A stretch of 64,000 nt of DNA from a virus: positions 1-64,000 of the IMG/VR virus record IMGVR_UViG_3300044655_000639; one strand, written 5' to 3'. The notes beneath the pieces are model-generated. The model was given only the letters and a program-made list of their open reading frames with translations, made no database searches and was not told the DNA's origin. Position 1 is the first letter of the stretch; every line of letters starts with the position of its first letter. Positions 37,557 through 48,033 of the stretch are shown one piece after another. The position numbers were made by a program, and so were the translations under genes.

Positions 37557-37948
37557 ATAGTGAAGAAAGAGGCTCCACTGGATTATAGGGGCGGATACCC
37601 TCCAACTGAATATCCCTCCACCTATCTCTGCACCCTTACAAAATATTTTCAAAACTGTGTAATCCAAATCTTAATTATTTCTTAGTAGCAGAGTAGCGCA
37701 TGAAGTGGAGAATAAGGAGGGATTGTTGTATATGTTGAAGTAGATGTTTGCTGTCACTGCTACTGCGTAGGGCTAAATAAATCTAACCCCCCAGCGCAGT
37801 CGTTAACCATTCAGATTCCTGATCGTATCATAGATCGTTATGTATTGTCAAACATAACGCTATAGTGCTCTACTATGATATGAAATATACTATAATTTGC
37901 ATAACAGTAATAACATATGGTATGATTCGGTAAAGATAAGGAGTATTA

Positions 37949-38668
37949 ATGCCAATATCGCTAGAAGTACTAAGAGATAGTCTAGGTAAGAAGAAAGGTG
38001 CTCTAGTAAGCCAAGAGACTGTAGATGAGCTGAATAGGCTAGAGGAAGATCCTGACTATGGTGATGAGTTCACTGATGCTTATAAGCAGTATTTCAATGT
38101 ACTAGAGAAGAATAGTGCATGGTCTACTCCAAAGTATATGCATGCTTTAAAGTTCTTCTCACTGATGGAGTCTGATCATAGTGCAGTAGATGCTTATGTT
38201 AAGACATTCCCTGAGAGACTAGCTGCTAGACATGCTAGAGGTGAGACCAAAAAGGATATGGGAGGAGAAGCTAGTAGATATAATGCTAGTGCTCTAGTCA
38301 ATGAGATACGAAGAGTAGCAGGAATATCTGTAAAGTTAACTCATAGACATACTATGCTGAAAGCTATACAGGTTACTACTGATCTTATGTTGGATAGGAA
38401 TGTAAGTCCTGCTGTAAGACAGAAAGCTGCAGAGACATTGATCAGAGAACTAAGACCTGAAGAGGATAGTAATGTAGTGATCAAGGTAGGTATGACTGAT
38501 GATATGAAGAATCAACAGGCTAAGCTGGTAGATCATATCGGTACCATAGCACTTAACCAGCAGAAGATGCTAGCAGCAGGTATGAGGATAGAAGATATAC
38601 AAAGACTGAATGTATCAGTGATCAGAGATGAAGAATACGAGGAAGCAGAATATGTTGAAGCTGACTAA
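37949..38668 (+). CDS. N4 gp69-like protein (candidate small terminase)
   Basis: Precedes the large terminase; AY.KTFPER and VSP.VRQ.AA patterns. Confidence 0.65.
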   Translation: MPISLEVLRDSLGKKKGALVSQETVDELNRLEEDPDYGDEFTDAYKQYFNVLEKNSAWSTPKYMHALKFFSLMESDHSAVDAYVKTFPERLAARHARGETKKDMGGEASRYNASALVNEIRRVAGISVKLTHRHTMLKAIQVTTDLMLDRNVSPAVRQKAAETLIRELRPEEDSNVVIKVGMTDDMKNQQAKLVDHIGTIALNQQKMLAAGMRIEDIQRLNVSVIRDEEYEEAEYVEAD

Positions 38669-40427
38669 TCAAGCACAAGAGAGAATCAAAGAAGGTAAAC
38701 CACTGACTGTAGATGACCTACTGAATAATGTAGACCTAAGATTCAATGGTTATATACCTAGTGCAGTAGCATTTGAATTCTTTAGCTTTATACGATTATG
38801 TTTAGGAGAAGAACCTGAGAATGCTAATCCTCTAGCACACTACTTCCTGATAGATACGATATTCCAGCAGGATAATGTAAAGTTCTATATGGAGCAAAGA
38901 GGTATAGACTATGAGAGTAACAAAGGTAGGACAGCTATCATGTGTACTCGTGAATTCAGTAAGTCTACTCTAATAGGAACGTACCTACCACTGTTCATAG
39001 CATGGAGGGGGAATATTCCTGGATATGGCGATGTCAACTATGGTCTGTATATAGGGGATAGTATGCGTAATAACGTGAAGACTACTATGAATACTATAGA
39101 GGTGGTATATCTGGAGAGTCTATGGTTACAGGATCAGTTTGAAGCATACAGGTTCACTGATGAAGTAATGGAGCTAGTACGTAAGCCTAGGACTAAGAAA
39201 GAGATAGCTGAATATGATAAAGCTATACAGATGGGTAAGAAGAAGGAACAAGTACCTGGTAGAAGTAAGCGTAAGTTTGCTATGAAAGGCGTAGGGGCAA
39301 TGACTGGGACAAGGGGAACTAGAAGTGGACTACAAAGACCACAGTTTGCTATATTCGATGACCTGGTTCCAAGTGAGGCAGAAGCTAATAGTGAAGCAGT
39401 ACTAGGAAATATACAGTCTACTATTGATAGTGATGTACTACAAGCTCTACATGGTGCTGGTAGCTTTGCTATGATTATTGGTACACCATACAATAAGAAA
39501 GATCCGGTATATCAGAGGATTGAAAGTGGAGCATGGGTTCCAGTAGTATTCCCAATCTGTAAGGAATTAAGAGTAGATCTAACTGAAGAAGAGTTTGAAG
39601 GTGTGTGGGAAGATCGTCATAGCTATAAGAAAGTAATGAAGAGATACCTAGATGCTATCAAAGAGGATAAGCAGAGAGGTGTAATGCAGGAACTAATGCT
39701 ACGTATCAGTAGTGAAGAGGATAGGTTAATTCCTGACAGCTATATGAACTGGTTCAGTAGAGCTGATATCACTGCAAAAGGTGGTGAATACAACTGGTAC
39801 ATGACTACAGACTTCACAACTACAGGAAAGAAAGGTAGTGACTTCAGTGGGATAGCAGTATGGGCTGTAAATAGTAATGAAGACTGGCTACTGGTGGATC
39901 TAAGTCTGAAGAAACTGGATCTGAATGAGCAATATGAAGAGCTATTCAGACTGGTTAATAGGTATAAGAGATTCAATGGTAGTGTAACTGTAGGAATAGA
40001 GACAGATGGACAGCAGAAAGCCCATATATTTGCAGTACAGCAGATGATGGCTAAGAAGAATGAGTACTTTACTCTAGCAAGACAGAAAGGTAAGACAGAA
40101 TTCGGTATAAGTAGTGGTGGAATCAAGAAATTCAACAGGTTTCTAGCAGGTGCAGTACCTAAGTTCCAGAATGGTAAGATATGGTTTGCTACTGAAATCA
40201 AGAAGACTGCTGATATGCAGGAATTACTACAGGAATTACAGTATACAACCTATGCTGGATTCGGTAGTGGTAGTGATGATGGTTGTGATCTTATTACTCA
40301 AATGAGTATGATGGAAATATACGCTCCAAGTGAAGGGAATGTTAATGAAAAGCATCCTAAAGATCATATGTGGTGGGAAGAAGAACAAGAAGATGATAAT
40401 ATATACCTAGGATCATACATAGTATGA
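38628..40427 (+). CDS. Terminase large subunit
   Basis: REFSKST (Walker A variant), RPQFAIFDD, GTP, TTDF, DDGCD nuclease motif; true start may be 38652. Confidence 0.92.
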   Translation: MKNTRKQNMLKLTNQAQERIKEGKPLTVDDLLNNVDLRFNGYIPSAVAFEFFSFIRLCLGEEPENANPLAHYFLIDTIFQQDNVKFYMEQRGIDYESNKGRTAIMCTREFSKSTLIGTYLPLFIAWRGNIPGYGDVNYGLYIGDSMRNNVKTTMNTIEVVYLESLWLQDQFEAYRFTDEVMELVRKPRTKKEIAEYDKAIQMGKKKEQVPGRSKRKFAMKGVGAMTGTRGTRSGLQRPQFAIFDDLVPSEAEANSEAVLGNIQSTIDSDVLQALHGAGSFAMIIGTPYNKKDPVYQRIESGAWVPVVFPICKELRVDLTEEEFEGVWEDRHSYKKVMKRYLDAIKEDKQRGVMQELMLRISSEEDRLIPDSYMNWFSRADITAKGGEYNWYMTTDFTTTGKKGSDFSGIAVWAVNSNEDWLLVDLSLKKLDLNEQYEELFRLVNRYKRFNGSVTVGIETDGQQKAHIFAVQQMMAKKNEYFTLARQKGKTEFGISSGGIKKFNRFLAGAVPKFQNGKIWFATEIKKTADMQELLQELQYTTYAGFGSGSDDGCDLITQMSMMEIYAPSEGNVNEKHPKDHMWWEEEQEDDNIYLGSYIV

Positions 40428-40457
40428 TATAATATCGTAAATATAAAGGAGACTCCT

Positions 40458-41102
40458 ATGACTGTAGCTGATGTTATTGAATATGCAAAGTATGGGGAAC
40501 TGGCACAGCTGGGTGTAGTAGCACAATTAAAAAGTAATGATCCTATAGAAGTAGTAGATGCAGAGAAACAAGTGTTAAGCTATATCAACCTAGGACTGCT
40601 AGAACTGCATAAGAGATTCAATCTCAATACAAAAAGACTAGTAGTAACGATGGTCACAGGAACATCAACATATACAATAACAGCTACTGATTTCAATAAG
40701 GTACTAGAAGTATATGATTATACTGGTACTAAGCTTCTACTGAATGAGACTACTGATAGTGATAGTATTACAACTCCTACATATAATACGCTATCAGTAC
40801 CTAATGCTGCAACAGGTGAAGATATCACGATTGTATATAATGCTTCTCCAACAACACTGGCATGGTCTACTCCTTTATCAGGTGTAACAGTACCACTTCC
40901 CCCAGTAATGTTAGAAGCCTTACTGCACTATATAGGGTATAGAGCACATGGAGCTATAAATGGTAATGTAGATGGTGAAAACAATACGCACTATATGAGG
41001 TTTGAAGCTAGCTGTAAGAAGATGACAGATATTGGTATTGGTATCAGTATTGACACACCATTAGAGAATGGAACTCTATTAGAAGCAAAGGGATGGGTAT
41101 AA
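40458..41102 (+). CDS. Virion structural/adaptor protein (N4 gp67-like)
   Basis: INLGLLELHKRF, EALLHYIGYRAH; synteny. Confidence 0.7.
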   Translation: MTVADVIEYAKYGELAQLGVVAQLKSNDPIEVVDAEKQVLSYINLGLLELHKRFNLNTKRLVVTMVTGTSTYTITATDFNKVLEVYDYTGTKLLLNETTDSDSITTPTYNTLSVPNAATGEDITIVYNASPTTLAWSTPLSGVTVPLPPVMLEALLHYIGYRAHGAINGNVDGENNTHYMRFEASCKKMTDIGIGISIDTPLENGTLLEAKGWV

Positions 41103-41103
41103 C

Positions 41104-44100
41104 ATGGCGAAACAATTACAACTACGCAGAGGGACAACTACTGAACATGCTACATTTACTGGTGCAGAAGCAGAAGTAACAGTAGATACTACAAAGGATA
41201 CACTGGTAGTACATGATGGTGTGCTAGCTGGAGGATATCCTCTAGCAAAAGATAGTACAGTAGTGCATCTATCAGGTGCTGAAACTATTACTGGAGTAAA
41301 GACATTCAGTGCTCAACCAGTAGGTATCACAAAAGCTAGTGTAGGGCTAGGTAATGTAGCAAATACAGCACAAGTAACAGCAGTGACTGGTACAGCTCCT
41401 ATAGTAAGTTCTGGAGGTACAACTCCTGCTATAAGTATGGCTGCAGCTACTGCGTCTGTTAATGGATATATGACAAGTACATATGCCAGTAAGCTAGATG
41501 GTATAGCTACAGGTGCTCAAGTTAATGTAGCTACTGATCTAACTGTAACAGCTGGTACAACATCAGGACCTACTATCAATAGCTCTACTGGATCGGATGT
41601 AGTGATACCGTCAGCAAGCGGTACAAATTCTGGTATAGTAACTACTGGAGCACAGACATTTGCTGGAGCTAAGACACTAACATCACCAGTACTAGTGACA
41701 CCTTCAATAGGAGTAGCCACTGGTACAAGCTTTAATAGTATTACAGCATTAGCAGATACTCTTCCACTAAATAATGGGACTGCTGCTATAGGTACAAGTA
41801 CTAAAGTAGCAAGACAAGATCACGTACATGCTCTGCAGTCATATACTACTGGCGTGCAAGACTGGCGTGATACTGCTATGTCTAAAGCACAGTTCAATGC
41901 GCTTGCAGCGGAACGTAGAGCAAATCGGGCTGGAAGTGGGTTTGACAGTTTTGGGGCTAATTATTTTGCTGATAATATTCAAGGTATAAGAGCGTTATCA
42001 ACCAATGTAAATTCATTCTTTTTAGGTAGTGATGTTTTAAACTCAGCGGGTAACATAAAAACTGTTATTAATGGGGTACAACATAAAATTTACGATGGAG
42101 TATCAAGTTATAAAGACCAAATTGTTTCCCTGCCATCGGCTCCAACAATCTACCAGTTCGGCACAACTCTAACCGCTGAACAAATCGCATCAGGGTGTAT
42201 CACTCATGTTGATGCGAGTAATAGTGGATTGATTACGAATGGTAAGTTTGATAATACTGATACGAGTGGGTGGACTCCATATCTGGGGGCTTCATTATCT
42301 ATTGTATCAAATAAATTACGGGTAACTGCAACGACTACTGACGCAAACCCAAGGGCTACAGAAGCAATCCCTACGGTTATAGGTAAAAAGTACGTTATTG
42401 AGGCAGAGCAGTACAAAGGAACAAATGCGTCTACTTATATTGCTGTGTCTAATACTTCTAGTGGTACGTCTCCTTATGCAATACTAAATAGTACAGTAGA
42501 CGGAAGGGTAACACTTGAGTTTACAGCTACCGCTACAACTTCGTACATTGGAGTATTCACTGTAGGCTCTATCATAGGTAACTACTCAGAATTCGACAAC
42601 ATCGCAGTATTCCCATCAGATGCAATCTCACGTTCTGACTTGGTATTCCTTGAGTCATGGCATGAAGATGTATCAGAGAAAGACTTTGTGTATCCATTAG
42701 GTAATGTCCAGTATCTCGGAACAACTGGAGATAGTGGCACACCCGTAGCTGGAGCATTTGCAGGGTTTGGTACTTATTCACTATTTGGCAATTGGCAAGC
42801 ATCAGGGGCTTTAGTCGGCAAAGGGTATGTATGGAGTACTCTATCCGATGCCAACAAGAAAGCTTTTCTAGCTAATCCTGAGAATAACTGCTACTTGGAT
42901 GGGGATAAGGTTATTCAGGTTCGGTATCGTATGAGGGTTGTGCAAGGTTGGGGTGATAGTTGGGAAAATAATTGTGATGTATCTGGCATAACACGATTGG
43001 CGTATGCGAGTGGTAATGCACGAGTTAAGCCAAAAGGCAAACAAGTATCAATCCTAAATGACCTAAATTCTTTTAGTGGTGATAGAACAGCGTGGTATGT
43101 ATCTTATGACCATACTGATGCTAAAGCTGACATACAAACTCAAATAGGAGCGTTTCAAAGTACGTTAGGGTCTACACTATTAGATAGCGTTGCGTCTTAC
43201 GAAGGTAAATGTTACGCAATGCCCATAGCACTTGTCCACCGACGTAATCAAGGTGGGTACCATCCTGTTTATAATAGCAATGGTACATTGATGGCTAATG
43301 ATACTACAGTTGATGCTCGTAGATATTGGCATCATAGCAATGCTTTTAAACCCACTTCAATATCAGATTGTTTTTTAACTGGTGTTGGTAGTAGTCTTAT
43401 AGGGTTTCATTCACATAGTGGGACTATAGCTTCAACTTATCAAGGAAGACATGATGGCTTATTCTACGACCAAATACACGAAGGTGACATCATTGACCTT
43501 CGCAATTCTTCACAAAAAGTTGAAGATTATAATAGATTACTTAGTCGTGAGTTCAACAAATCGGTTGCAGGTACTACACGTGGGGCTGAGGGGGAGCGGG
43601 GTGTAACATACTCACTGGATACAACTGTAAGTTCTGTTTCATTCTTTGCTGGTACTACAAATGGATTGGGTACATATATAGTTATACCAACTCCTGTTTC
43701 TTTTCTAACTGTTGACACATATCAAGAAATAGTTAATGGGGTGGCAAAATACTTTGCAGTTATTAACGGTATTCCATACTATCTTACAAGACGGGATAAT
43801 GGTACTACACTTTATATCCAAAAAATACTTGGGGAAAAAACAAGTTTTACTGGCTCTATTTCAGCAGGTAATAGCGTACAAATCTTGGTTGTAACTAAAA
43901 CAACCCGCACCAAATCCAATACCATAACCCATACAGACATTATCGGTTCGCCTGCTAATTATCCTACAGCATGGAAGCAATCAGGCGTAAGCGGAACACC
44001 TCTAATCGTGGCTGAGGGTGGAACAAGTCTATTACCAACTGGAACTACTGGCTCAGATGGTTTAGCAGTGTATAAGCTATCACGTAAAGCTAATGCTACA

Positions 44101-44970
44101 CCTTTGCAAGTATTAAAATCTACAAATAGTGGTGCTACTTGGACGCTACTTATTAGTGCTACGCACTACACGTTTTCAACTACTGGAAATTACATTGAAT
44201 TTATCACTGGGCATAGACCCCTTGTAGCAGACTTGATTATGGTGACGTATCAGACTAAGACACAGATGGCATTACCTTCTGTAAATAGTGAAGTGTTGGC
44301 GGTAGGTATGGTGTTAGGGACTAACTCTTTAAGCAGGGCTCATATCACAAGCTCATTAATAGGAAAAATACCAGTATTTAGCCAAGATTCAAGTCAATAC
44401 GCTCATCAGGTATCCAATTGGGTTACATCGCCCGTGTTAAGCGCAGCCAATGGGGTGATGCTAGGTGGTGGAAACACGGGATATAACCCGTTACACAATA
44501 TCGTAACTCTTCCATCTAATACGGCACCTGCCGCTAAAGTATTCCCATACCTAACACGCTCAAATGGTAAAGCCTACTTAAACTTAGTATTCAAAGAGAT
44601 GAAGTTCGGTAGTTTTGTAGCTCCTACTGTGGACACTGGAGCTTCTATCTCACACGTACAATATGCAACTTATCAAGTCAGTATTGCAGGGTGTCCGTTA
44701 GATGGCGAGATAGTGCAGTGGACAGCTACTACTGCTACGGCTGCTATCAACTGGGCTTTATACAATAAGAACGCAGATGGTTCACTCTATGTTATCTCTA
44801 GCGGTGCTGCTTATACAAACGCTAAGATGTTCGATGGCAACTCATGGGGTGATGATAGTAAGTTTAACATCGTAGATAACGTAAGCACCACTACAGACGA
44901 TAACGGTGCTACTGTATTAATAGGGCAAAAACGTATCGAACTACCATACTTTATAGGCGCAGGAGAGTAA
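41104..44970 (+). CDS. Tail fibre/receptor-binding protein
   Basis: Mtd_N-like start QLRRGTT..VVHDG..GG.PLA, Thr/Gly-rich shaft, CBM-like domain (LITNGKFD..GW..FTATATT..FDNI). Confidence 0.8.
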   Translation: MAKQLQLRRGTTTEHATFTGAEAEVTVDTTKDTLVVHDGVLAGGYPLAKDSTVVHLSGAETITGVKTFSAQPVGITKASVGLGNVANTAQVTAVTGTAPIVSSGGTTPAISMAAATASVNGYMTSTYASKLDGIATGAQVNVATDLTVTAGTTSGPTINSSTGSDVVIPSASGTNSGIVTTGAQTFAGAKTLTSPVLVTPSIGVATGTSFNSITALADTLPLNNGTAAIGTSTKVARQDHVHALQSYTTGVQDWRDTAMSKAQFNALAAERRANRAGSGFDSFGANYFADNIQGIRALSTNVNSFFLGSDVLNSAGNIKTVINGVQHKIYDGVSSYKDQIVSLPSAPTIYQFGTTLTAEQIASGCITHVDASNSGLITNGKFDNTDTSGWTPYLGASLSIVSNKLRVTATTTDANPRATEAIPTVIGKKYVIEAEQYKGTNASTYIAVSNTSSGTSPYAILNSTVDGRVTLEFTATATTSYIGVFTVGSIIGNYSEFDNIAVFPSDAISRSDLVFLESWHEDVSEKDFVYPLGNVQYLGTTGDSGTPVAGAFAGFGTYSLFGNWQASGALVGKGYVWSTLSDANKKAFLANPENNCYLDGDKVIQVRYRMRVVQGWGDSWENNCDVSGITRLAYASGNARVKPKGKQVSILNDLNSFSGDRTAWYVSYDHTDAKADIQTQIGAFQSTLGSTLLDSVASYEGKCYAMPIALVHRRNQGGYHPVYNSNGTLMANDTTVDARRYWHHSNAFKPTSISDCFLTGVGSSLIGFHSHSGTIASTYQGRHDGLFYDQIHEGDIIDLRNSSQKVEDYNRLLSREFNKSVAGTTRGAEGERGVTYSLDTTVSSVSFFAGTTNGLGTYIVIPTPVSFLTVDTYQEIVNGVAKYFAVINGIPYYLTRRDNGTTLYIQKILGEKTSFTGSISAGNSVQILVVTKTTRTKSNTITHTDIIGSPANYPTAWKQSGVSGTPLIVAEGGTSLLPTGTTGSDGLAVYKLSRKANATPLQVLKSTNSGATWTLLISATHYTFSTTGNYIEFITGHRPLVADLIMVTYQTKTQMALPSVNSEVLAVGMVLGTNSLSRAHITSSLIGKIPVFSQDSSQYAHQVSNWVTSPVLSAANGVMLGGGNTGYNPLHNIVTLPSNTAPAAKVFPYLTRSNGKAYLNLVFKEMKFGSFVAPTVDTGASISHVQYATYQVSIAGCPLDGEIVQWTATTATAAINWALYNKNADGSLYVISSGAAYTNAKMFDGNSWGDDSKFNIVDNVSTTTDDNGATVLIGQKRIELPYFIGAGE

Positions 44971-44971
44971 C

Positions 44972-45346
44972 ATGGATTTATTCAAAACAAACGGGCAACT
45001 AAAAGCTAGAGGGAAACTTCTAGCAGACTTGCAAGATGAGCGTACAGCGGCAGAGTATGAAATCTGGAAACAGACTAATGATGAAACATTCATGGAAGAT
45101 GTTATAGTTGGTCAAGATGAAGATGGCAACGACATTATAGAGTCACAGCAAGTCAATGTGTTTGAAGCTCCTATCGTAACTGAAGAGGAACTAGATGCTT
45201 ATCTAAAGACACGTTACCGTGAGATGAGACAAGCGGAATATCCTAGTCCAACAGATTATCTCGATGCTATCGTCAAGGGCGATACAGTAGCTCAAAAGGC
45301 TTATATTGACGCTTGTCTAGCAGTGAAAGTGAAGTATCCGAAATGA
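44972..45346 (+). CDS. Putative tail fibre chaperone
   Basis: YREMRQAEYP..YLDAI..VKVKYPK; follows the fibre gene. Confidence 0.6.
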   Translation: MDLFKTNGQLKARGKLLADLQDERTAAEYEIWKQTNDETFMEDVIVGQDEDGNDIIESQQVNVFEAPIVTEEELDAYLKTRYREMRQAEYPSPTDYLDAIVKGDTVAQKAYIDACLAVKVKYPK

Positions 45347-45657
45347 AGATGATTATAGCTCTATTAATAACGCTATCTTTGAGTGCTGAGACGTTCTTTG
45401 AGCAAGAGGATAAACAAAAGCACATCATAGGTTCTATGGCTATCGGTGGAGTTGCTACTGGATTGGCAAGACATTACGGTTCTAATAAGTTTGAGGCTAT
45501 TGCTATCGGTGTTGCTTCGGCTTTGTTAGTTGGTATCGCTAAAGAGGCTATTGATGGTAAAGGCTATGGCACTGAGGATGTAGGCGATGTGTATGCAGAT
45601 ACAATTGGAGCAGTTAGTGGTAGTTTATTATCTGCTCAATTCAATTGGAAGTTTTAA
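45343..45657 (+). CDS. YfiM/DUF2279-like membrane or secreted protein
   Basis: Signal peptide, DK..H, KE..D, D..AD motifs. Confidence 0.6.
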   Translation: MKMIIALLITLSLSAETFFEQEDKQKHIIGSMAIGGVATGLARHYGSNKFEAIAIGVASALLVGIAKEAIDGKGYGTEDVGDVYADTIGAVSGSLLSAQFNWKF

Positions 45658-45720
45658 GTTTATGACGTATTCTAAGTTGCTTATGAAGCTGCCTATAGTT
45701 CTTAGAAAATTTATTTATGG

Positions 45721-46410
45721 ATGGTTTATGTAATGTTAGATTACCTAAGACGTTTGTGGGCGAGATACAATCCTTTCGACATCAAATGGTATATCCACGA
45801 TATGTCTGAGCCTCTCCACGAATTTAGAAAAGCACTCGAAGAGATACGGCATGGGAATAATGTCACTATCGCATTATTAGAAAATGAACTAGCGGAAAAA
45901 GAGTTTATCCTACAGCAATTTGCCGATGTCATCCCTGACATGGTATGGCTCAAAGAGTATGATGATGAAGGTAGTGGTGGTAAATATGTGTATGCTAATC
46001 GTGCTATACGTGACCAATTACTGTTATGCCCTAACCCAATAGGCTCTACGGATATAGAACTGGCATTGAGAGCTAAGGAAATCTATGGTGTTCATAATCA
46101 CACGTTTGGTGAGAAGTGCAGTAATAGTGATTTGGCTACTATCGAGAACGATAAGCTCGGTCATAAGTCAAGCAGGTTTTTGGAGTCGGGGCTAGTAAAG
46201 GGCAAGATGATGTATCTGGAAGTGCATAAATCTGTTGTACGTACTGACAAGGGAAAAATCATCGGAGTGTGTGGAAGTGGCAGGATTATCACTGATTATA
46301 TCGAAGCCGTTAAAGAGCTAGAGACTCTACAACAAGATGACATCAAGTGCTGTCTATCCATCAAGAAGCTAGTTGAAGTGTTTAAAAAATATGAATTCGA
46401 GGAGGAGTAA
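45721..46410 (+). CDS. Stand-alone PAS (PAS_4/PAC) domain protein
   Basis: IPDMVWLK..GKYVYAN..IG.TD.EL..EVHKSVVRTDKGKIIGVCGSGRIITD. Confidence 0.8.
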   Translation: MVYVMLDYLRRLWARYNPFDIKWYIHDMSEPLHEFRKALEEIRHGNNVTIALLENELAEKEFILQQFADVIPDMVWLKEYDDEGSGGKYVYANRAIRDQLLLCPNPIGSTDIELALRAKEIYGVHNHTFGEKCSNSDLATIENDKLGHKSSRFLESGLVKGKMMYLEVHKSVVRTDKGKIIGVCGSGRIITDYIEAVKELETLQQDDIKCCLSIKKLVEVFKKYEFEEE

Positions 46411-46412
46411 GT

Positions 46413-46637
46413 ATGGCTGCTGAAACGTGGGAGGAGGTACGGTATCACGTCCTTGGACAACTTCCCGTCCTCAATAAAAAGATTGATAGTCTTGAGACAA
46501 AGCTAGGAGTCGTAGAGACTAAGTTCGAGTCAGGGATGGCGGTGATAACCACTAAGATGGGGATGATAACTTTTATATCATCATCAGTCGTATCTATCAT
46601 CGTAGGACTTGCAGTACATTTTTTGGGAGGTAAGTAA
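46413..46637 (+). CDS. Holin/antiholin-like protein (coiled coil plus C-terminal TM)
   Basis: Topology and position in the lysis cassette. Confidence 0.5.
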   Translation: MAAETWEEVRYHVLGQLPVLNKKIDSLETKLGVVETKFESGMAVITTKMGMITFISSSVVSIIVGLAVHFLGGK

Positions 46638-46762
46638 TGCACAAAGTAGACAAGCTCTCTAGGGAGTTGGCAAGACTGATACAAGAGAAGAAATACAAAG
46701 AGGCGAAAGCTATATACGAAGAACTAGGCGAAGTCCTAGAGACTTATCAATGGTGCTGTTAG
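46637..46762 (+). CDS. Hypothetical protein, 41 aa, ending WCC
   Basis: TAATG coupling, GGAGG RBS. Confidence 0.5.
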   Translation: MHKVDKLSRELARLIQEKKYKEAKAIYEELGEVLETYQWCC

Positions 46763-46770
46763 GAGAATAG

Positions 46771-47223
46771 ATGATGCAAGGTTTTCATCCAAAGTTTACG
46801 TGGGAAGAGCTTATACGTACAAATCATAGTAGCTTACAAGCTCAAAATATCAAAGAGGCACTGAAGTATCAAAACGCTGGTAAGCGGTTATCAAAGCTGT
46901 TGGGAAGCATCAGAGAAGCGTATGGATTTCCTATCTCTATTACAAGTGGGTTTCGTTGTCCAGCTCTCAATAGGGCTGTTGGAAGTAAGGCTAAGACCTC
47001 ATCACATATGAGGTTTGAAGCTGCTGATTGTATTCCCGTTGGTAAAGATTTCAAGCACTTCTTTAATTGGCTCAATGAACATAGTATCGAGTTCCCTGAT
47101 TTACGCAAAGCAATCATCGAACATCATAAGGGGTTGGTGCATATTGAGGTGAAGATGGATGCTGAGGAGCCTCAAGTATTTTACACTACGAATGACAATG
47201 TGACGTTTAAGGCGGTGGCATGA
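46771..47223 (+). CDS. Endolysin, peptidase M15A family
   Basis: ITSGFRC..LNRAVG...SSH...AAD...VHI. Confidence 0.88.
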   Translation: MMQGFHPKFTWEELIRTNHSSLQAQNIKEALKYQNAGKRLSKLLGSIREAYGFPISITSGFRCPALNRAVGSKAKTSSHMRFEAADCIPVGKDFKHFFNWLNEHSIEFPDLRKAIIEHHKGLVHIEVKMDAEEPQVFYTTNDNVTFKAVA

Positions 47224-47441
47224 GTAAGTTACTAGAGCTTATTACAGACCCTAATGGGTCACTGTCCCATACGAAGATATGGAGCAATATTGGGATGGCT
47301 ACATTGACAGCTACGTTTATCATCGGGACATACAGTCATGGTATCACTCCTGAGCTGATTGTGGCGTATGGTGGAATTGTAGTGTTCGGGCGTGCAACAA
47401 GCAAGTACTTGGATACTAAATCAGTATCTACGGGGGAATAG
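47220..47441 (+). CDS. Putative holin
   Basis: Two TM segments; ELITD.NG.LS.TK pattern; follows the endolysin. Confidence 0.6.
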   Translation: MSKLLELITDPNGSLSHTKIWSNIGMATLTATFIIGTYSHGITPELIVAYGGIVVFGRATSKYLDTKSVSTGE

Positions 47442-47777
47442 ATGGTATGGATTACGTTTTTAAAGATGTACTGGAAATATGTTTTGGTTTTTGTGTGCTT
47501 CTCACTATTTTCTATCTCGCTAGTGGGGATGAGGATATCCAACACTGAGTTAAGAGCTGAGAGGGATATGTACTCTACAGCACTAGAGTTCCAGAATGCT
47601 TCACTACTAAAGCATAAGAAAGAATATGATGAGAAGTTATCTAAACTGCCTAAAGAGATTGAAAAGATTACTGTTAGGTATAAAGTTATTTATCAAGGTA
47701 TAGATGATTGGAAAGGAGATGATAATGCAACTGATTGTGAAAATGCTGATAACTACCTTCGTAGTTTTAACTATTAG
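47442..47777 (+). CDS. i-spanin (Rz-like)
   Basis: N-terminal TM plus coiled coil; overlaps a lipoprotein gene. Confidence 0.7.
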   Translation: MVWITFLKMYWKYVLVFVCFSLFSISLVGMRISNTELRAERDMYSTALEFQNASLLKHKKEYDEKLSKLPKEIEKITVRYKVIYQGIDDWKGDDNATDCENADNYLRSFNY

Positions 47778-47961
47778 TGGATGTAGCCATAAGATACTAT
47801 ATGTGCCTAGTGAGTGTAATATCCCAGACTACTCAGAAGTGGTCTTAGATCTAACAGATAGAAATACAACTCTAGGAGAATCTAAGAGATGTACTATCAA
47901 CTACACAAAACAAAAAGAAGCTAATGAGAAGATGGTGAAAGCCATAAAGCTTTGTCAATAA
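47725..47961 (+). CDS. o-spanin lipoprotein (Rz1-like)
   Basis: Lipobox ISGC; AAGGAG RBS inside the i-spanin gene. Confidence 0.7.
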   Translation: MQLIVKMLITTFVVLTISGCSHKILYVPSECNIPDYSEVVLDLTDRNTTLGESKRCTINYTKQKEANEKMVKAIKLCQ

Positions 47962-47992
47962 AGTAGATAGAATAGTGACAAATACCATAGAT

Positions 47993-48003
47993 GATGGTAT
48001 AAT
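47993..48003 (+). promoter_or_regulatory. Extended -10 host-type late promoter (TGGTATAAT)
   Basis: TGnTATAAT; similar sites at about 71-79, 37918-37926, 40424-40433 and 54472-54480. Confidence 0.5.
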
Positions 48004-48033
48004 AACAACAATATCAATCAATAAGGCAGAATA

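Noticed and set aside
41104-44970. Diversity-generating retroelement suggested by the Mtd-like N-terminus
   Set aside because: No reverse transcriptase and no TR/VR repeat pair seen in the window.
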